Shown here in pieces: positions 34,557 through 49,412 of a stretch of DNA of 64,000 nucleotides. How positions within the stretch are numbered: position 1 is the first letter of the stretch; each line of letters begins with the position of its first letter. The notes beneath the pieces are model-generated. The model was not told the DNA's origin. It searched no databases and saw only the letters and a list, made by a program, of their open reading frames with translations. The position numbers and the translations under genes are program-made. Source of the DNA: the human T2T-CHM13v2.0 reference genome, Homo sapiens; the NCBI RefSeq assembly GCF_009914755.1, contig NC_060937.1. The stretch is one strand, 5' to 3'.

Positions 34557-35829
34557 CAGAGTAAAAACATTTTAAACATAAATCTGCGGTCTGTTCTTAG
34601 CACCTGCGGCTGCGTGGGAGGTATGGAAAGGCGCACTTTGGGTTTCGTGAAATCTCAAGTCAGGTCTTGACTTCTCTCTTTCCACAGATTCATCTCTAGT
34701 CTCTGTAAAATGCCAGCCCTCTTCTGGGTTAACAGCGCCTAACCGACATGCGCCACTAGTTCTTCCTTGTTTCAAAGTGTTCTCTAAACACAGAGTTAGT
34801 TCATGTTTTCATCAGCGCTGATTACGTACATATGAGATGTGGCGGACACTGGGCTAGGGGCTGGTTATTCTCTAAGGCAAATCTGCACAGTCACTCCAGC
34901 CTGTCCCCCTTCCCAGCTTCTTCCCCAAATAACATTCACAGAGTGTCTTCCACCCAAAGACAGCAGGGAACAGCCCCGATTCCTAAGAAACCCTCAGAGC
35001 GCCTCCTCACAAACTCTTGGCTGCTCCATAAACCATTGGTGTAGGTGGAATCAAGTGGCTTCCTGCTTCACAGGTCTTCGTCTTTACCACTGGCATTTCC
35101 TCCTCTCGGAAAACCCTGAGGAGTCCCTTTCTGGGCAGTCTTGATTCTACAGCCTCCGCCTTCCGAAGTGTGTGAGTCAGCACACGCTAAGATCACTTTT
35201 GATATACAGTGGGCATTCAATAAAAGCTTGCTTACTAAAAACTCTCACGTATCCATTAAAGCCCAGGATTACAGAAAAGCCTTCTGACACTATTTGCATT
35301 TTGGACTCAAATGGCATCAGTAATGCACCTCCCTAATGGGTTTATTAAACCCTTAAACAACAAAGGTACTACTTTTATTTCACTCCTACATGATATACAG
35401 TAGCTCTACGCACACAAACAAGACCTAATGTTTACTTAATAAATGATAAAGTCAGATGTAATGAGTCTGCAACACGCACATCTCAGAGCGAACTTCCCCT
35501 TTATCATAGCACTATGCTTGGATATTGTCATATAATTGTTGTCATCCAGCAGTCCAGAATTGAAAGTGCTTGGGCTTGAATATTTAGCAGCGCCTTAGTT
35601 TTCTAGAACCTGTGATCTACCAACTCGATCCCTGGGTGAACCATTCGGCCCTCCTAGCAGGAATTACTTAACTGAGTTAGAGGTTTTCAACTTTGGACCT
35701 CAACAAACACATTGTTTCTATCACGGTGTTCCCAATGACTCACGAGGTCAGATAGTACTTCCTGATTACTCACCAAACCACCTTACTTTTTGCACAATTC
35801 GAAACCTAACTTTAGGAAAGAAGGCCGTT

Positions 35830-36600
35830 TGGCATACTGGAAACAAGAAACAACGCATGCTACTGCGAACCGCACCGCACGGGGTGCGGAGACTTGGTGT
35901 GACTGTCGGCTCCGGTGGGCGCCCCCCACCGCACCCGGTTTCTCGTCACCAGGGCTGCGCCGCGGGGCAGAGCGGAACGACCGCAATATCCCTCCCCGAG
36001 GGCGCTGGCTGCACTAGCTAGTCCACTCCCGAGCCTAGCAGCGCCGTCAGGCCCACAGCGCCAACGCCGCGCAGGGCAAGGGTGCAGCCACTGGCGGGAA
36101 AGTAGTACGCGGGCCACTTCCTGGCTAGGACTACAGGGACCTTTGCAGCCCCCCACCCCGCAGCGCCCACGCACCTGCCTAGAGGATCCAGCTAGCTCCG
36201 GACGCTCCCCGATTCCGCGCTCCTTGCTCGCGGTACTTCCGTAATCTAGGCTCTCCCTGCCCCCGGGGCTGGGCGGGCGCCACTGCGCCGGAACCCCGCC
36301 CCGCACCAGGCGGGCGCAGCGTCCCAAGCAGGGACGATAGCCGGAACGCGCCCGGAATCGGGTCCGCCAGGTGGGGAGCGGGTCCCCGGCCTCTGGCGGG
36401 GTTTCTCTTCCAAGATCAGCCGGAGGGTTCAGGGCTTTCAGTTTCATATTTCAGGAGGGATTTTGTCAATGAGGATTAATACAAAGCTCGGCTTTGAGAG
36501 AGGTGGGTGGATGGTGCTGTCCTTTAACTGAGAAATGGAAGGGATTCACAAGGCCGGGAAAGAAGAAAATTTCGGGAAAGTTCGTGGAAACAGGAGAGTG
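35830..36600. promoter_or_regulatory. CpG-island promoter of PARP4 with GC box, ETS (CCGGAA) sites and ISRE/EICE/GAS-like motifs
   Basis: Dense CpG at 35.83-36.43 kb; CCCCGCCCC ~36294; CCGGAA ~36288, 36341, 36352; no obvious TATA. Confidence 0.85.
36175..36279 (-). other. PARP4: PARP4 non-coding exon 1 (5' end approximate)
   Basis: Ends ...GGATCCTCTAGGCAG|gtgcgt inside the CpG island; matches the PARP4 5'UTR as recalled and gives the Kozak context CAGGATGG on splicing. Confidence 0.85.
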
Positions 36601-36919
36601 AGATAATAAATTTACTTTAAGCCTTCCTGCGTTTGAAATTCGTGACAGTGTAACTAGTTGGAAATATATTTATCTGCCATTCAAGAGAGGCAGGGGGCTG
36701 GAGATACAGATCTGAGATTCACTGAAATGGGAATAAAGCAATGGGGAAGATTCAGATTTTTAGGATACTGAATAAAATGAGAATAGAAAGGATAGAGTAG
36801 AGAATACAGTGGAAAGGGTATGGGGTTGAATCCTGACTCCACAATTTATTACCAAGGGGGCTGGGGACAAGGTAATTTACCAAGTTTCATCATTACAACC
36901 TACTCTATAGGGTTGTCTA

Positions 36920-39035
36920 AGAAACAACAAGAGATTCTGGGGGAGGAGAGAGACTGATTCCTAGAGTTACCACATCGTAATGCTCAAAATGTCCAATCTT
37001 CAACAAAAAATTATGAGGCATGCAAAAAAAAAGGCGAAAAAATGGCCAATTCAAAGGAAAAAAGAAATGAACAGAAATTGTCCCTGAGCTGAGGAAGCAC
37101 AGACATAGGAATTATTAGACAAATACTTCAAATAAACTGTCTTAAACATGGACAAAAAGTGAAAGGAAACATAGAAAAATAACTGAAAGAAACAACCAGG
37201 AGAACAAAGTCTCAATAAATAGAGAATATGCAATAGAAGATGTGCAAATGGTCAACAAGCATGAAAAAAAGCCCAGCATAACTAATTATCAGAAAAGTGC
37301 AAATTAAAACTGCAATGAGATACCATCTTACACTGGTCAGAATGGTTATTATTAAAAAGTCAAGGAACAACAGATGCTGGCAAGGCTTTATTGAAAAGGA
37401 AATGCTTATACACTGTCAGTGGGAATGTAAATTAGTTGAACCACTGTGGAAACCAGTTTGAAGATTTCTCAAAGTGCTGAAAACAGAACTGCTATTCAAC
37501 CCAGCTATCCCATTACTGGGTACACATTCAAAACAAGAGAACTCATTCTACCAAAAAGACACATGCACTAGTATGTTCGTCACAGCACGCTTCACAATAG
37601 GAAAGACATGGAATGAACTTAGGTGCTCATCGACAATGGACTGGATAAAGAAAATGTGGTACATTTGCACCATGGAATACTACGAAGCCATAAAAAGAAT
37701 GAATGGAATCATGTCCTTCACAGCAACGTGACTGCAACTGGAGGCCATTGTCCTAAGTGAATTAATGAAGGAACAGAAAACCAAATACCACATGTTCTAA
37801 TTTGTAAGTGGGAGCTAAACACTGGGTACTCATGGATATAAAGATGGCAACAATAGACACTGGGGACAACTAGACAGGGAGGGAGGGGGAGGGGCAAGGG
37901 TTGAAAAACTATTGGGTACTATGCTCAGTCCCCGGGTGAGGGGCTCAGTCATACCCCAAACCTCAGCACCACGAATTATATGTAGGTAACAAGCCTGCAC
38001 ATGTACCCTCTGAATCTAAAATAAAAGTTGAAATTATTTAAAAAACAAATAAGGAATATTAATAAAGAGATAGAAATTATAAAAGGAACCAAACACATTT
38101 TGGAGCTGAAAAGAACCAAAAAGAAATTGTGTAGTTAAAAAGTACAATAGGACCAGGCATGGTGGTTCATGCCTGTAATCCTAGTGTCTTGGGAGGCCAA
38201 GGCGGGAGGATCGCTTGAGACCAAGAGTTTGCCTTGGCAACATAGGGAGATCCCCTCTCTACAAAAAAATTACAAAATTAACCGGGCATGGTGGTGCATG
38301 CCTGTGGCCCTAGCTACTCAGGAGGCTAAGGCAGGAGGATCACTTGAGCCAAGAAGTTCATGGCTGCAGTGAGCTAAGATCACACTCCTGCACTCCAGCC
38401 TGGGTGACAGAGCAATATCTTGTCTCAAAAAAAAAAAAAAGAAGAAGAAAAGAAAAAGAAAAAAATACAATAACTTAAATGAAAAATACACAAGTGATGC
38501 TCCAGAGTAGATTTGAGCAGGTAAGAGAAGGAATGAGCAAACTCGAAGATAAAACTGTTGAAATTATTAACTCTGAGGAGCAGAAAGTAGAAGAATGAAG
38601 ATCAAAGTCCAAAAGATTTGTGGACACCATCAAGTGTATCAGCATATGCATAAAGGGGGTCCCAGAAAGAAAGATGAGGGTGAAGGTGGCAGGAAGAGTA
38701 TCTGAAGAAACAGTGGCTCCAAAGTCCCCAATTTGTTAAAATACATAATGTAACACTTCAGAGAAGCTCCACGAACTTCAAGTATGATAAACTCAAAAAG
38801 TCCACAATAGAGTTATATTAATAATCAAACTGTTGAAAGCCAAAGACAGAGAGAAGCTTAAAAGCAGCTAGACAGAAATGATCACTACATACAAAGGAAC
38901 TTGCATAAGATTAACAGCCAATCTATTACCATGGGAGCCAGAAGGCAGTGGGATGATATAAAGTGCTGAAAGAAAACAAACAAACCGGCAACCATGAATT
39001 CTATATCTGTTAAAACTCTCCTCCAAGAAATGATA
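36920..39035 (+). mobile_element. Old L1M 5'/ORF1 fragments with an inserted L1PB-type 3' fragment (~37235-38045) and an AluJ (38150-38465)
   Basis: ORF2 C-terminal translation (NPAIPLLG, WIKKMWYI); 3' end gcacatgtaccctctgaatctaaaataaaagttg. Confidence 0.8.
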
Positions 39036-41091
<2,056 letters not shown>

Positions 41092-41745
41092 CTAATAAAG
41101 GGAAAAAATACTTTTGTCACTGTGGAGAAGCCTTTGTGGGGTGGAGTCACTACTGGGGATAAAAGAGAAAATGTTGAAGGAAGTCATCAGCTTTGTTGCT
41201 TTTCTTAATTGCAAGGTTTGAGTTTCCTGCCTGATGATCAGAGCCAGAAGCACAGGTCTCCAGGAAATGCCACCACTGGATAGAGAGCCACACGCTGCTT
41301 CCTATCATACGTCTACCTGGACCTAACTCAGGAAGAAACATACACTTCCTACATTTTATCCCATAAGCAAAGCAACTTCTGTAGAACTGCCCATGGAGAT
41401 TTTGTCTTAACTTCAAAAAGTGCTTCTCCTAATTTATTTTCTGTTGCACGGTATCAAGAAGCACCTGTGGAAAAAAAGGATTCAAAAGAAGAAAACCATA
41501 ACCATCTTACAAGTGAGTTAATTGTGTTCCTCTCTTCTGTACTTAACTCACAGTGTTACTAAGTTGTCCTAAGATAAGAGAAGGCCTTTCTGTGTTTTTT
41601 GTTTAAAATTCTTTTTTCAGAGATGGAGTCTTGCTGTGTTGCTCAGGCTGGACTCAAACTCCTGGGCATAAGCAGTCCTCCCCCTTCAGCCTCCCAAGTA
41701 GCTGGACTATAGGCATGTGCTGCCCTGCCAGCTCTTGCTCTCATG

Positions 41746-41746
<1 letters not shown>

Positions 41747-41798
<52 letters not shown>
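41747..41798. repeat. (CT)n(GT)n microsatellite between two reverse Alus
   Basis: Directly visible. Confidence 0.97.
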
Positions 41799-41802
<4 letters not shown>

Positions 41803-42215
41803 TCCCCTGTGGCTTTGTTTTTTTTTTTTTTTGGAGACAGAGTTTTGCTCTTTGGCCCAGCCTGGAGTGTAGACGCATGATTTCAGATCACTGCAACCTC
41901 TGCCTCCAGGGTTCAGGTGATTTCTTGTGTCTCAGCCTCCCAAGTAGCTGGGATTACAGGTGTGCGCCATTATGCCCAGATAATTTTTTGTATTTTTAGT
42001 AGAGATGGGGTTTTATCATGTTGGCCAAGCTGGTCTCGAACTCCTGGCCTCAAGTGATCTGCCACCTTGGCCTCCCAAAGTGCTGGGATTACAGATCTGA
42101 GCTACTGCACCCAGCCATAATTTGTCATTGATCACTTTTCAAAAACACGTTTTATCATGCTATTTTCTGTAACTGAACTCAACATGTTTCTACGTTGGTC
42201 ACTTTTTAGAGACCC

Positions 42216-42617
42216 ATTTTCTTTTTTCTTACTTTTCTATTACACTTTACGTTCTAGGGTACATGTGCACAACGTGCAGGTTTGATACATAGGTATACAT
42301 GTGCCATGTTTGTTTGCTGCGCCCATCAACTCATTATTTGTTGGGGTGATCAGGCCCAATCCCAGACTGTGGGGGCTACGAAGTCCAGCGGAGTCAAATG
42401 AATAAGACAAGATAAGTTAACGGTGCATAAAGTGGGTCCAGGGGGCTGACACTAGTATGGAGGCTGTGAAGGCCCCGAGCTCTGGGAGCCCACACTATTT
42501 ATTGGTGATCAAACAAAGAAGCAGGCGGTGAGGACATGGGGGTCGAAGGAAAGTGGTGCATCAAGTGTTTGATCTATAGCTGTGTCAGTTTAGCATTTTC
42601 TTTGAAGCATATGGAAC
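42216..42617 (-). mobile_element. L1PA 3' end fragment (42216-42338) and truncated LTR22-like ERVK LTR (42339-42617)
   Basis: ctagggtacatgtgcacaacgtgcagg is the reverse L1PA tail; tgttggggtgatcaggcccaa...gggggctacgaagtcc resembles the reverse LTR22 3' end. Confidence 0.7.
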
Positions 42618-45600
42618 GAGTTCAGTTACAGAAAATAGCACATCATCTAATTTTTTAGCAAAAAGCTAGCATTTACTTTTTAGGGCAAGGTATTTGCATT
42701 TTCTGTGTGGGCCTAATATGCTCAAAACTGAGTTTTCTGATATTTGACAGGACGTGTTTTTTTAAACTGCTCTTAGTTAATACATACTAAATTCAGTGAA
42801 AGAAAACAGCACATGTGTTATTTGTGTGCTATATCTTGCTTTTAGCATTTAGGGATGTATATGCATATCTTCCTGAAAGTACAAAGTGGGCTCAGAAATG
42901 CTTTTTTTAAAGTTGTCTGAAACATTGTTTAAAAAAAGGATCAATATCTAAACATGTTCTGTTCAGTGAAAGAAAGCAGCACATCATCTAGATTTTTGGC
43001 ACACAGCTTTCATTTACTTTTCAGAGCTAGATATTTGCATTTTCTGTGTGGGCCTACTATGCTCAGAATTGTGTTGTTTGAGATTTGACAAGTTGTGTAT
43101 TTGAAAACTGCTATTAGTTAATACACGTTGAATTTAGTGAAAAAAAAAAACAGTGTATTAGACATTATTTGTGTGCCATATCTTGCTTTTAGCATTTAGG
43201 ACTGTATTTTCATATCTTCCTGAAAGTTCTAACTAGGCTTTTATTAGTTTTTTTCTGAGTGTGTACAAACGTGTTTTTAAAAATGAATCAATGTCAAAAC
43301 ATGTTGAATTTGGAGAAAAAAACAGCACATCAGGTAGGTTTTTGGTACATAGCTTGCATTTACCTTTTAGGGCCTACTATGCTCAGAATTGTTTTTTCTG
43401 AGATTTGACAAGCTGCGTCTTTGAGAACTGCTATACCATGTAGAATTAAGTGAAGGAAACCAGAACATCATCTAGGTTTTTGGCACACCGCTTGTGTTTA
43501 CCCTTTATGATTAGATATTTGCATTTTCTTTGTTGGCCTACTAAGCTTGAGGTTGTGTTTTCTGAGCTCTGTTTTCTAGATGTGTTTTTGATAATTGTGT
43601 TTTCTGAGATGTGTTTTTGAAAACTGCTCTCAGTTAACACATGTTGAATTCAGCAAAAGAAAACTGCACATAACTTATATTTTGGGTGCCATGTCTTGCT
43701 TTTAGCATTTGTAGCTGTACATGCATATCTTCCCAGAAGCGCTAACTGGGCTCTGAAATGGTATTTGAGCTTGTACAAAATGTGTTTTTGAAAAGTGATC
43801 ATGTAAAAGCATCTTAAATTTATTGACAGAAAGCAGCACATCATTTAGGTTTATGGCACAAAGCTGGTGTTTACCTTTTAGAGCTAGATATTCGCATTTT
43901 CAATGTGGGCCTACTATGCTCAGAATTAGGTTTTCTGAGATTTGACAAGATGATCTTTGAAAAATGTTCTTAGTTAATACATGTTGAATTCAGTGAACAA
44001 AATAGCAGATCATACATATTTTGTGTGCCATATCTTGCTGTTAGCATTTAGGACTGTGTATGCATACATTCCTGGAAGTGCTAACTGTGCTTGGAAATGT
44101 TGCTTTTGGAGCTTGTAGAAAACGTGTGTTTAAAAAGTGTTCAATGTCAAGACATGTGGAACTCCGTGAAAAAAACAGCATATAATATATAGGTTTTTGG
44201 CAGAAAGCTTGTGTTTACCTCTGACGGCTAGATATTCACATTTTTTGTGTAAGACTACTGTGCTCAGAATTGTTTTCTGACTTGAAAACATGTGTTTCTG
44301 AAAACTGCTCTTAGTTAATAAACATTGAATTCAGTGAAACAAAACAGCACATCATCTAGGTTTTTGGCACAAATTAGTGATCACTTTCAGGGCTAGATAT
44401 TTGCATTCTCCTTTTGGGTTTACTATGCACAGAATTGTGGTTTTTGAGATTTTACAAGATGTGTCTTTGAAAAGTGCTTTTAGTTAATACATGTTGAATT
44501 AGTGAAGCAAAACAGCACATCATACATTATTTGTGTGCCATATCTTGCTTTTAGCATTTATGGCTGTATGTGCATATCTTTCTGGAAGCACTAACTTGGC
44601 TTCCAAACTTTATTTTCTGAGCCTGTACAAAACGAGTTTTTGAAAAGTGATTAATGTCAAAACATATTAAATTAAGTGAGAAAAACAGCACATCATCTAG
44701 GTTTTTGGCACAAAGCTTGCGTCCACCTTTCTGGGCTAGACGTTTGCATTTTCTGTTTGTGCCACCTAAGTTAAAAATTGTGTTTTCTGAGATCTCACAA
44801 GATGTGTCTTTGAATACTGTTCTTAGTTAATACATGTTAAATTTAATGAAAGAAAACAGCACATCATACAATATTTGTTCGCCACGTATTGCTTTTAACA
44901 TTTAGGGCTATATATGCATATCTTTCTAGAAGCACTACTTGGGCTTCAAAATGTTATTTTTTGAGTTTGTACAAACAAGTTTTGGAAAGCGATCAATGTC
45001 AAAACATGATACATTCAGTGAAAGAAAACAACATAACATTTTGGTTTTTGGGAAAAAGCTTGCATTTACCTTTCAGGGATAGAAATTCTCATTTTTTCTG
45101 AGGGCATTTTGTGCTAAAAATTGTGTTTTAAAAAATATTTGACAATATGTGCCCGTGAAAACAGCCCTTAGTTAATATATGTTGAATTTGGTGTAAGAAA
45201 TACAGCATATCAAATATTATTTGTGTGCTATATCTTGCTTTTAGCATTTAGGGTTGTATATGCATGTCTTCCTAGATGTGATATATCCAGGTCTAAAAAC
45301 TGAAAGCAACCTTTGTGTGCCAAAGAAAAAAAACAAAAACAACAACAACAACAACTATATAATGTGCTGCTTTGTTTCACCGAATTCAACATGTTTTGCC
45401 TGAGAACAGTTTTTTAAAATTTGTTTTGTACAAACTCAGATCAAACATTTCTGAGCCCTGTAGGCCTTCATAGGAAGATATGAATTTCCAATCCCAACTG
45501 CTAAAAGCAAATTTTGGGCTAAAATACTTTATGACGTGCTGTTTTCTCTAATAGAATTCCACACATTTTTAATTAGAAATGTTTTCAAACACTTGTTTCA

Positions 45601-46234
45601 TAGAAACTAAAAAATGACACTCTTGAGCCCAGTGAGATCCCTTATGAAGATAAGAAGATTCGGCCTTAAAAATGGAAAACAAGATTTTTTCCAAAGAACT
45701 TGATGATGTTTTGGGTTTGTTTTTGTTTTTCACTGAATTCAGCATCTTTTTACCTGGAACAGTTTTCAAATACACATTATGTAGAAGCTCAGAAAAGACA
45801 TGTCTGAGCCCAGTGGGCACTCAGGAAAATACAGATATCCAGCCCTAAAGCTAAAAGCAAGCTTTGTGCCAAAAATCCTTTATGATGTGCTGTTTTCTTT
45901 CACTGAATTCAACCTGTTTTGATGTAGAGCAGTTTTCAAAGACTTGTCTTGTCGAATCTCAGTCAACACAATTCTGAGTACAATGGACCCTCACAGAAAA
46001 TGTGAATATCCAGTCCTAAAAGTTAAAAGCAAGATTTGTGCCTAAATTCATTAGGATGGGCTGTTTTCTTTGAGGAAATTCATCATGTTTTCACATGGAA
46101 TCATTTTCAAACACAGGTTTTGTAGGCCTTCAGAACAGACATTTATGAACCCAGTGGGCACTCATAGCAGAATATGAATACCCAGCCCTAATAGCTAAAA
46201 GCAACCTTTGTGCCAAAAAACTTGATGATGTGCT

Positions 46235-46470
46235 GGCTGGGCGCAGTGGCTCACCCCTGTAATCCCAGCACTTTGGGAGGCCGAGGCAGGCGGATCACGA
46301 GGCCAGGAGATTGAGACCATCCTAGCTAACACGGTGAAACCCTGTCTCTACTAAAAATACAAAAAATTAGCCGGGCGTGGTGGCGGGCGCCTGTAGTCCC
46401 AGCTACAGTGAGCGGAGATTGCACCACTGCACTCCAGCCTGGGCGACAGAGCAAGACTCTGTCTCAAAAA
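46235..46470 (+). mobile_element. AluY with internal right-arm deletion, no TSD
   Basis: cccagctac joined directly to agtgagcggag; flanks differ. Confidence 0.85.
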
Positions 46471-46796
46471 GACAGTGAAAGACAACTCCATATCTTAGAC
46501 GATTTTGGCACAAACCTTTCTTATATTTACTATGTCTGAATATTCACGTTTTTATTTGAAAGTTGAATGGGTTCAAGCGTGTCTCTTCTTAGGTCTAAAA
46601 ACGTGGTTTTACTAACTGTTCTAAGAAAGAATGTGTTTAATTCAGTGAAACAAAACAACACATCATAAGGATTTTTGGCACAAAACCTGTTCTCAGCTTT
46701 TACGTGTGCATATTTATATTCTTTTATTAGTGTCCACTGGGTTCGCAAATTTCTATTCTGTGTGTTAACAAAACTTACGTTTGAAAACTGTATTAA

Positions 46797-47137
<341 letters not shown>

Positions 47138-49070
47138 TCAAAGAATACAGCCCATCATAAATATTCTGACACAAATTTTCTTGTAGCTTTTACAGCTGGA
47201 TATTCGCATTTTCTTTGAGGGCCTAGTATGTGCAGAATTGTGTAGTCAGAGATTCAGCACAATTTGAAAAGTGATCAATGTCAAAGCATGTTGAATTCAT
47301 CAAAAAAGATAGTACATCATACAGTATTTGTGTGCCATATCTTGCTTTTAGCATTTAGGGCTGGATTTGCATAACTGCATAAAAAAACTAACTGGGCTCA
47401 GAAATGTTTCTTCTGAGCTTGGAAAAAACACGTTTTTGAAAGCTCTTCAAATAAAAGCCTGTTGAATTCAGTGAAAGAAAGCAGCACATTATACCGTATA
47501 TGTGTGCCACATCTTTTAGCATTCAGAGCTGGTTATGTCTACCTGCCCTTAAAGGCTAACTTGGCTCAGAAATGTTTGCTCTGAGCTTGTACAAAACATA
47601 GTTTATAAAAATGTTCGAGAGCAAAACGTGGAATTCAGAAAAAAACCCCTGCATATCATGTAATATTTTGGCACAAAGCTTGCTTTTTTTTTAATACTAG
47701 AGCTGGTTATTCGTATCTTTCTATAAGGGCTACATGGGCTGAAGTGTGTGTTTTTTAGCTTCTATATAATGTAGGTTTGACAACTGTTCCAAATAAGAAT
47801 TTATTTAATTTAGTGAAAGAAAACAGCACAACATAATTAATTTAGGCAGAAGTTTGCTATTGGCTTTTAGGGCTGGATATTCTAATTGTCTGCGAGAACC
47901 TAGTATGCTCAGAATTCTGTTGTCTGATATTTGAAAAGATATGTCTTTGAAAACTGCTCTTAATCAAAACATGTTGAATTCAGAGAAAGAAAATAGCACA
48001 TTATCTAGGTCTTTGGCACAAAGCTTGCGTTTACCTTTTAGGACTAGATATTCGCATTTTCTTTGTGGGCCTACTATGCTCAGAATTATGTTTTCTGAGA
48101 TTTGACAAGATGTGTCTTTGAAAACTGCTCCTACTTAATACTTGAATTCAGTGAAAGAAAACAGCACATCATTCATTATTTGTGTGCCCTATCTTGCTTT
48201 TAGCATTTAGGGCTGCATATGCATATTTTCCTGGAATCAATAACTTGGCTCCAAACTGTTTTCTTTCTGAGCTTGTACAGAATGTGTTTTTTAAAGTGAT
48301 CAGTGTCAAAATACGTTGAATTCAGTGAAAGAGAACAGCCCATTATCTAGGTTTTTGGCACAAATCTTGCATTTACTTCTTAGGGCTACTCACATGTTCT
48401 GTATAGCTTTACTATGCTCAGAATTGTGTTTCCTAAGATTTGACATGATGTGTCTTTGAAAACTGCTCTTATACATGTTAATATAAGTGAAAGAAAACAG
48501 CACATCAAACGTTATTTGTGTGCCATATCTTGCTGCCAGCATTTAGGGCTGCATATACATATCCTCCTGAAAATGCTAAATGGGCTTTGGAATAAATTTT
48601 TTCTTAGCTAGTAATAAACGTATATTTAAAAGTGATCAATGTCAGAACATCTTGAATTCAGTGAAAGAAACCTGCTTATTATAGACAATTTTGTCTCAAA
48701 GCTTGGGCTGAATATTTGTATCTTTCTATAAGAGCTCACTGGGCTCATACTTGTTTTTTTATCTTCTAGAAAACGTGGGTTTGATAACTGTTCTAAGTTG
48801 CAATGTGTTTAATTCAGTGAACGAAAATAGCATATCATAAAAATTTTTGGCACAAACCTTGTTATACCTTTTAGGGCTGGATATTCATATGCTTCTATCA
48901 TTCTCTGCTATTCTCAAAATGTGTCTTCTGAGCATCAACAAAACTTGTGTTTGAAAACTGTTCTAAGTCAAAAAAATGGTTAATTTAGTCAAAGAACACA
49001 GCCCATCATAAAATATTTTTGCAGAAACCTAGTTATTAGGTTTTAGGTCTGATATTTGCATTTTCTGTGA

Positions 49071-49412
<342 letters not shown>

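Noticed and set aside
35860-36447. 195-aa minus-strand ORF (and overlapping ORFs) across the promoter
   Set aside because: Arg/Gly/Pro-rich reading typical of a stop-poor CpG island; it crosses the exon 1 donor and has no recognisable domain
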